Below are positions 29,293-36,200 of a stretch of DNA of 47,781 bases, piece after piece; the first letter of the stretch is position 1, and every line of letters starts with the position of its first letter. Source of the stretch: Chloroflexota bacterium. Its GTDB lineage: Bacteria > Chloroflexota > Limnocylindria > Limnocylindrales > CSP1-4. The notes under the pieces were generated by a model. That model was not told the origin of the DNA. It did not search any database and saw only the letters and a program-made list of their open reading frames with translations. Location: NCBI GenBank assembly GCA_021788175.1, contig JAJYKX010000001.1, positions 1 through 47,781 on the forward strand. Reading direction: 5' to 3'. A program made the translations under genes and the position numbers.

Positions 29293-30072
29293 TCAGCCCC
29301 GGGTGTCGGTTCCCAGCACCGGCACGCCGCGCGCGAGGGCGGCACGGCGGTTCGCCCAGAGCCGAAGCCGGAGCAGCCAGAAGTCACGCACCGCGCGCAG
29401 GATCACCCGGATCTTCGCGCCGGTGGCCCGCCCGGCCGTGCGCGGGTAGTGGGGCACGCCGACCTCTTCCAGCCGGGCGCCACGGGCGGTCACCTTGATC
29501 AGCAGCTCCGCGGAGAGGAAGGCGCCCCCCGACTCCAGGCGCACGCCGGCCAGTGCCTCGCGGCGGAAGACCTTGCACGCGCAGTCGACGTCCCGCACCC
29601 CCAGCCCGTAGAAGGTCCGCAGTGCGAGCCGGTAGAGCCGGGCGTACACGAGCCGCACCACCGGGTCCGCGCGCCGCAGCCGGTAGCCGACGACGGCGTC
29701 CGGCCCGCCCGGCCGATCGAGCAGCGCCAGCAGGCGCCCCAGGTCCGCCACCCGGAACTGGCGATCGCCGTCGGTGAAACCGATCACCGGGTGACGCGCG
29801 GCCGCGAAGCCGCTGCGCAGGGCGGCCCCGTACCCCAGGTTGGTGCGGTGATGCACGACCCGCACGAGATCCGGGTGCTCGGCGGCGAGTCGGTCGGCGA
29901 TCGCCGGCGTGGCGTCCGTGCTCCCGTCGTCCACCGCGATGATCTCGAAGCGTTCGGCGAGGGCAGGAAGCGCCTCCAGTGCCTCCGCGACGAGCGCCTC
30001 CAGGTTGTCCTGCTCGTCGTGGGCCGGGAAGAAGAAGGAGAAGGCCGGGATGCGCGCGCTGGCCGCAGTCAT
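29293..30072 (-). CDS. GT2 glycosyltransferase, polyprenol/dolichol-phosphate sugar synthase-like (Ppm1/DPM1-type)
   Basis: FSFFFPAHDEQDNLEALV ... FEIIAVDDGSTDAT ... NLGYGAALRSGFAAA ... GFTDGDRQF ... CACKVFRREAL. ATGA overlap with the stop of the upstream DUF2723 gene. Confidence 0.85.
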   Translation of the reverse strand: MTAASARIPAFSFFFPAHDEQDNLEALVAEALEALPALAERFEIIAVDDGSTDATPAIADRLAAEHPDLVRVVHHRTNLGYGAALRSGFAAARHPVIGFTDGDRQFRVADLGRLLALLDRPGGPDAVVGYRLRRADPVVRLVYARLYRLALRTFYGLGVRDVDCACKVFRREALAGVRLESGGAFLSAELLIKVTARGARLEEVGVPHYPRTAGRATGAKIRVILRAVRDFWLLRLRLWANRRAALARGVPVLGTDTRG

Positions 30073-31688
30073 CGGACGATCTCCCAGAGCGGGCTGTAGC
30101 CGGGAATGGTGTCGTGCTGCACGAGATGGTACTGGGACTCCAGCGCGGGGATGTCCTGGAACTGCCGGATCAGGAAGATCGGCCGGCCCTCGGCCTCGAA
30201 GTGGCGCACCGCGTTCTGGACGGTGTCCCAGCCGTCGTCGAGGAGGGTCCGGTCGTCCACGATCTCCACGTCGGGACGGCGCCCCTCGATCCAGCGTCCG
30301 TACCAGAGCGTGGTGGAGTAGCTCCACCACGAGATCACCACCGCGTCGCGCGGGAGGATGGCGTACGCCGCGTCCAGCCACTGGGCCGCCTGGTTGCCCG
30401 TCGCGCCGACCTGTGCCTGCCGCTCGGACAGGGCGCGCTGCGCGGGAAGCGTGAGCACGACCGCGGCCGCCAGCAGCGTCGCCACGACCCGCAGCAGCAG
30501 CGGCGCCACGCCCGAGGACATGCGTCGGCGCACGGCCGGCCGCCAGGCGATCGCGCGGCCGATGGCCCATGCGACGGCGTCCCAGGCGAGCGAGGCGGCC
30601 ACGCCGGCCCACAGCGCGAGGAGCGCGATGGGGACCAGGTAGTAGCGGTCCGGGGACCCATCGTTGTAGGCGCGGGCGAAGATCGTGACGATGACGAACC
30701 AGGTCGCCGCCATGAGGGCGACGGGCCGCCCCACGCTCCGCGGCCGCCGCGCCAGGACCAGCGTGGCGGCGAAGCCGGCGAGCCCGAGCACCACCACCGC
30801 CATGCTGAGGCTGGTGGCGAAGAAGTCGGCCACGGGGGCCAGGCCGCCCGTCAGCGGATCCTGGAGCAGCCCGCGGAACTGCAGCCCCAGGACCAGGTAG
30901 GCGAAGCGGGCGGGCGTGTCCGGGTGCGCGTAATCGAGCGGCGGGTTCATCGACGCCCGGATCGGGATGTACGCGTAGAGGATCACGGTCAGCCCGACGA
31001 TGAGCCCCGCGCACGCCGCGACCAGCCGGCGCCGGCGGGTGAACAGCCCCGGCTGCACGGCCAGCAGGAGGACCAGGATCCCCGGAGCGAGCAGGACGGT
31101 GAGGGCGTGGTTCCCGAGCGCGACCGCATAGACGGTCGACGCCGCGAGCAGGAGCCGGTCGGCCGTCCGGTCACCCGGGTCGTCCGCGGCCGCCCCCACC
31201 TCGCGCACTCGCTGCGCCCACGCCACGAGCAGGTAGAGGAGCAGGCCCGCCAGGAACAGGTGGAAGGCGTGCGGGTCGGCCCGTTCCGCCGTCCACCAGG
31301 TGATGGGCGCGACCGCCAGCAGCAGGCCGGACCCCACGGCCGGGGCCGCGCGCCGGGCCAGGCGATGGACGGTGGCGGCCACGAACGCCGCGCCGCCGGC
31401 CACGAGGATCGCCGACAGCAGGTTGATGCGGTAGGCGGTGTCGCCGAGCGGCGACAGCAGGATGCTGGCCGCCCAGGTCAGCAGGACGTACGAGGGGAAC
31501 CCGGTGGGGTGCGCGATCCCCAGCACCGGTCCCACGGTCTGGAACTCCGCCGTGTCCCAGAACCCGACGCCCGGCATGAGCGTCGGCACGTAGAGGACGA
31601 GCGCCGCGACGAAGGTGACCGCGGCGACCGCAGCGTGGGTCACGCGCGGCGACGCGGCCGCGCGGCCGATCCGGGTCGCGCTCACCAT
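30069..31688 (-). CDS. DUF2723 (TMEM260-like) polytopic membrane glycosyltransferase
   Basis: LYVPTLMPGVGFWDTAEFQTVGPVLGIAHPTGFPSYVLL is the characteristic DUF2723 N-terminal signature as I remember it. Many TM helices follow, then a soluble C-terminal domain. The start, ATG 31688 or GTG 31685, overlaps the upstream stop. Confidence 0.75.
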   Translation of the reverse strand: MVSATRIGRAAASPRVTHAAVAAVTFVAALVLYVPTLMPGVGFWDTAEFQTVGPVLGIAHPTGFPSYVLLTWAASILLSPLGDTAYRINLLSAILVAGGAAFVAATVHRLARRAAPAVGSGLLLAVAPITWWTAERADPHAFHLFLAGLLLYLLVAWAQRVREVGAAADDPGDRTADRLLLAASTVYAVALGNHALTVLLAPGILVLLLAVQPGLFTRRRRLVAACAGLIVGLTVILYAYIPIRASMNPPLDYAHPDTPARFAYLVLGLQFRGLLQDPLTGGLAPVADFFATSLSMAVVVLGLAGFAATLVLARRPRSVGRPVALMAATWFVIVTIFARAYNDGSPDRYYLVPIALLALWAGVAASLAWDAVAWAIGRAIAWRPAVRRRMSSGVAPLLLRVVATLLAAAVVLTLPAQRALSERQAQVGATGNQAAQWLDAAYAILPRDAVVISWWSYSTTLWYGRWIEGRRPDVEIVDDRTLLDDGWDTVQNAVRHFEAEGRPIFLIRQFQDIPALESQYHLVQHDTIPGYSPLWEIVR

Positions 31689-33172
31689 CCGAGCACCACG
31701 CCCCAGTACACCCCCCAGAGGTTGACCAGCACGGAGAGACCGAGGAGGACCAGGACGGCGCGATCCAGCCCGCGCCGGGCCATGGCCAGGGTCACCAGCA
31801 CGAGCGCGAACGGGGCGAAATCGTTGCTGAAGCGCCACCCGAACTGCACCCACCCCTGGCTGAAGTGCGCCAGGTCCGCGAGCGCCACGAGGAGGACCGC
31901 GAGCGCCGCACCGGCGACGAGCCGGTCACGGCGGATCGCCCGCAGGGCGGGGAGCGCGAGCAGGTACGCCGGGCTGGTCAGGATCAGGCTCATCGCGACG
32001 GGGTCGGGCTGGACGGTACCGCAGGTCGGGTCGAGGATCCCCAGGCCGCACGAGAGGTGGACCTGCGGAAGTCGGAACAGGACGAGCGCCAGGTTCTGCG
32101 GGATGTAGCGCAGGTCCTCGATGCCCCACGTCGGATGGTAGAGGGTCGGGTCCGGCCGGTACTCGACGCGGGCGATGGCATTGTAGGCGGGGTTGAAGAG
32201 ATGGCCCGTGGCCGCCAGGTTGTACGCCGCGAGCGCGAGGAGGGGGATCGCCATCCCGATCGCGGCGGAGACCAGGCGCGTGCGCCACGTTCCCCGCCCC
32301 ACGAAGAGCAGGAAGATCCCGCCGAAGGCCACGGTCAGGCGGGAGAGCGCGGCCAGGCCGAGCAGGAACCCGGCCGCGACGTCGCGACGGTCCAGCAGGC
32401 CGCGGGGATCCAGGAACCCGCGGGGGTCCGGCAGGCGGCGCGCGCGATCCTCGCCGGTGCCCTGCCGGATGACCGCGCCGCCCGTCGCGTCGGTCGTCCC
32501 CCGGCCGCGCAGGCCCGCGTCGCCGTCCACGGCCAGGGTGACCGCGAGCAGGGTCAGCCCGAGCGCGACGACGTGTGCCAGGAACCACGTGGTCCCGATG
32601 GCGGCCGCGTACCAGGCGACGGTCCCGAACCCGAAGAAGACCGTCGCCGCGAGCGCCACGCCGCGGTCCGCCGCCACGCGACGGCAGAGCCGCCATGCGA
32701 GTGCGACGTCCACTGCTCCCAGCAGCGCCGCGGTGAGCGAGGCGGGGGTGGCCAGGCCGAGGACCGCCACGACCGGCAGCAGGACGACGGCGGGGAGCGG
32801 CGGGAAAGGGATGATCCCCAGCCCGGGGTGGCCGGGGTCCGGCGCCACGTCCTGGAAGTACCAGTTCTGGTGCGGCCCGGTCGAGACGGGGAACGAGATG
32901 GCCAGGCGGCCGTGCAGCCAGGCCTCCGCCTGCCAGACGAAGTGGTTGTAGAAGTCCGAGTGCAGCGGGTTGGAGACGACGTACACCAGCGCGGCAACGA
33001 CGGCCAGGGCGGCGCCGATCCGCCAGGAGGGGATGGGCGCCAGCAGGTCGCCGATCGCCGTCCGGGGGCCCCGGGTGGGCAGGAGGGGCGGTCCGACGGT
33101 CCACGGGACGGACGCCGGCGCGGGGGCTCCCGCGGTCGTCGGTCCAGTGTCCGTTGCTATACTGCCGTGCAC
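31682..33172 (-). CDS. Polytopic membrane protein, GT-C-fold glycosyltransferase-like (ArnT/PMT-like; family unverified)
   Basis: At least 10 hydrophobic helices. The first loop is SDFYNHFVWQAEAWLHGRLAI ... NWYFQDV ... GIIPFPPLPAVVLLP. GTG 33172 is the only sensible in-frame start; the track ORF continues upstream to 35599 as Arg/Gly-rich antisense junk. Confidence 0.6.
   Translation of the reverse strand: MHGSIATDTGPTTAGAPAPASVPWTVGPPLLPTRGPRTAIGDLLAPIPSWRIGAALAVVAALVYVVSNPLHSDFYNHFVWQAEAWLHGRLAISFPVSTGPHQNWYFQDVAPDPGHPGLGIIPFPPLPAVVLLPVVAVLGLATPASLTAALLGAVDVALAWRLCRRVAADRGVALAATVFFGFGTVAWYAAAIGTTWFLAHVVALGLTLLAVTLAVDGDAGLRGRGTTDATGGAVIRQGTGEDRARRLPDPRGFLDPRGLLDRRDVAAGFLLGLAALSRLTVAFGGIFLLFVGRGTWRTRLVSAAIGMAIPLLALAAYNLAATGHLFNPAYNAIARVEYRPDPTLYHPTWGIEDLRYIPQNLALVLFRLPQVHLSCGLGILDPTCGTVQPDPVAMSLILTSPAYLLALPALRAIRRDRLVAGAALAVLLVALADLAHFSQGWVQFGWRFSNDFAPFALVLVTLAMARRGLDRAVLVLLGLSVLVNLWGVYWGVVLGW
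33155..33163 (+). promoter_or_regulatory. Extended -10 element TGCTATACT for the giant + strand gene
   Basis: TGn plus TATACT at 33155-33163. AGGAGG at 33186-33191 and GTG at 33203 follow. No convincing -35. Confidence 0.4.
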
Positions 33173-33202
33173 CTCGTCGCTCGTCAGGAGGCCCGTTCCC
33201 TG

Positions 33203-36200
33203 GTGCGATCGCCTTCGACGGGTGGGACCGATCGTGGCCTCGGAGCGCCGGGAGGTTCGGCGCGCGCCGGGGTTCGCATCCGCCCCATCGCGCTGCTGCT
33301 GCTCGCCGGTCTCGCTCTCCGGCTCATCATCGCATACGTCCTCTTCCCCGGTTCCGGCTTCAAGACCGACATCTCGAGCTTCACCTCCTGGTCCCTGACG
33401 CTGGCCCACTACGGACCGCCGGGCTTCTATGCCAACGCGGGCTTCGCCGACTACACGCCGGGGTACCTCTACATCCTCTGGCTGGTGGGGCTGGCGGGCC
33501 AGGCGATCGCGACCCTGCTGGGATCGGACCCGGCGGTGGTGGTGGGGCAACTCATCAAGCTGCCGGCGATTCTCTTCGACGTCGCGGTCGCGTACGTCCT
33601 CTACCGGATCGTCCTGGCCTGGAACGGCAGCCTCGATGAGCCGGCCGATGCGGCCGAGTGGTCCGGGGCCGGGTCGAGCACGGCCGCCGGAGCGACAGGC
33701 GGTGCCGGATCGATCACTGCCGCCGGAGCGGCCGGGGCTGCCGGGCGCGGGGGCCGCACGCCGCGGGTCCGGCTGCTCGCCCTCGGCGTCGCGGCGCTCT
33801 ACCTGTTCAACCCGGTCCCGTGGTACGACTCGGCGCTCTGGGGCCAGATGGACTCCCTGGGCGCGCTGCTCGTGCTGGGCGCGATCCTGACCCTGGTGGA
33901 CGGCTGGTCCGAGGCCGCCGCAGCGCTGGCGGTGCTCGCGGCGCTCGTGAAGCCGCAGTTCGGGCTGGTGCTCTCTCCGATCGTGGGCGTCGTGCTGCTC
34001 CGGCGCCACCTGTTCGTGCCCGGCTCGGGACCCGTGCCGCGCCTGCGCAGCGGGCGACTGGCCAGCTGGTTCGTGGACGAGCAGGGCCCGTGGCGGATCA
34101 TCTCCTCGATCGCCGCCGGCCTCTTCGTCCTCTTCGTGACCATCGTCCCGTTCCGCCTCGACGTGGTCGGGCTGGTGCGGCTGGTGTTGTCCACCGCCGC
34201 CGAGTACCACTACCTGACGGTCAACGCCTACAACGGGTGGGCGCTCGTCGCGGATCCCGGCGGCGTCTCGCTCGCGAGCGCGGGGACCTGGTCGAACGAC
34301 CTCGTCCCGCTGCTCGGCCCGCTGTCCGGGTTCGTCATCGGCGCCGCCCTGCTCTTTGCCGGCATCATCCTCGGCGTCCTGCAGGTCGCCTGGCGCGACA
34401 GCCGTCGCTCCATCCTGCTCGCCATGGCGTTCCTCTCGCTCGCGTTCTTCGTGCTCCCCACGCGCGTCCACGAGCGGTACCTGTTCCCGATCTTCGTGAT
34501 CCTGCCGCTGCTCGCGATGACCTCGCGCCGCTGGCTGGTCGCGACGGTCGTGCTGGCGACCGCGTCGTTCATGAACCTGCACGCCATCCTGACGCTCCCC
34601 CTCTACGCGACCGCCAACATCGCGGACCTGCTGGGCGGCCCGCAGTTCCGGTCCGAGCCCGGTGTCCTCCTCTCTGCCGCGGGGCACATCGCCGTCTTCC
34701 TGGTGGCCCTGGCGGCGCTGGAGCCGGTCGGCTGGCTGGTGCGTCGCCTCCTGGGCCGGCCCGATGTCGCCGCCGGGTGGGCCGGGGCGCCGGCAGGGGC
34801 GTCGATTACGGTGCCGTCGGCATCCGGACAGCCGCGCGCGCCGCTGGCCAGCGGGCCGCTCTCCGCCACGACGCCGCTTGCCACCGCCGTGCCGCCGGCC
34901 GCAGAGCCGGTCTCCACCACTGCGCCTCTCTCTGCCACGGGGCCGGTGATCGCCCCGCCGCCCTCTGCCGCGGGGCCGGTGATCGCCCCGCCGCTCCCCG
35001 CCGCGCCCGCGACCGGCGCGCCGGAGGCCGAGTGGGTCCCGCGCCCGGCGACCCGGTGGGGCCTGGGGGCCCTGCGCAATCTCCTCGGCCCGGGGTCGAT
35101 CCGCGCCGACCGCAGCGCCTCCCTCCGCCACGAGGGAACCGGCCGCGTGGACCGGCTGGACGTGCTGGTCATGGCCCTGCTCTTCGTGGCCGCCATGACC
35201 ACCCGGATCGTGGGCCTCTCCCAGCCGTACGGCATGTACTTCGACGAGATCTATCACGCCCGCACCGCCACCGAGTTCCTGCAGGACTGGCGTTACGGGA
35301 TGCCGCACGCGATCTACGAGTTCACGCACCCGCACCTGGCGAAGTACCTCATGGCCGTGGGCCTGGTGACGTTCGGGGACGACCGGGTCACCGGCACCAG
35401 CAACCTGGGCGTGCCGGTGCGCGATGCCGCCATCGAGCCGCGCTGGTCCGACCCGGGCGTCTCGGCGGGGCGGCAGGGGGACCGCCTCTACGTCGCGACC
35501 GGGAGCGACGTGCTCGCCTACGACCTCCAGACGCGCGGCCTGGTGGCACGCATCCCCGTGCCGGGCGCCACCGCGGTGGCGGTCGACACGTTCCAGCACG
35601 TGATCTACGCGGCCGGGACCGACGGCGTCATCTGGTCGGTGCCGGGCGCCACCCTGGATGCGCTGCGCTCGTCGGGCGGCGGCGAGGCCACCGTCCAGCC
35701 CGCGCGGCTGCCCGGACCGGGAGCCGGCGGCCAGGTCGTCCGGCTGGTCGCCTCGACCACCGGCGGCAGCGTGCTGGCGGTCACCGCGAACGGTGCCATG
35801 GTCAGCCTCGACACCACGACGGGCGCCGTGCTGGGCCGCAACTCGGCCAGCGCGCAGGCCGGCACCGGACCGGTGGAGGGCGTGGTCGCCCTCGATCCGG
35901 TGACCGACGTGACGGTGGATCTCTCGAAGCCCTACGATCCTGCCCAGCTCGCCTCCCTCACGACCGCGCTCGGTGTGGCGTCCGGGCCGGCGGTCGAGCT
36001 GCCCGCGGCCGTCACGAAGGCGGAGGCGACGGTCGCCTCGGCCTCCGCGTCGGTGCAGCGGTACGCCAGCCTGCGGGCACGCACCGCGGCGCAGGAGCAG
36101 GCGCTCGCGACGGCCCGGCAGGCGCTCGCGTCGGCGCAGGCGCAGCTGGCCGCCGCGAAGGCGAGCCTGCGGACGGTGGTCGTCTCCGGATTCCTGAGCG

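Noticed and set aside
33173-35599. Upstream 2.4 kb of the 1305-aa minus-strand ORF 31682-35599
   Set aside because: The translation is Arg/Gly/Asp/Pro-rich with no hydrophobic or domain-like structure. It lies exactly antisense to the well-supported giant glycosyltransferase gene. Only the part downstream of GTG 33172 looks like a real membrane protein.
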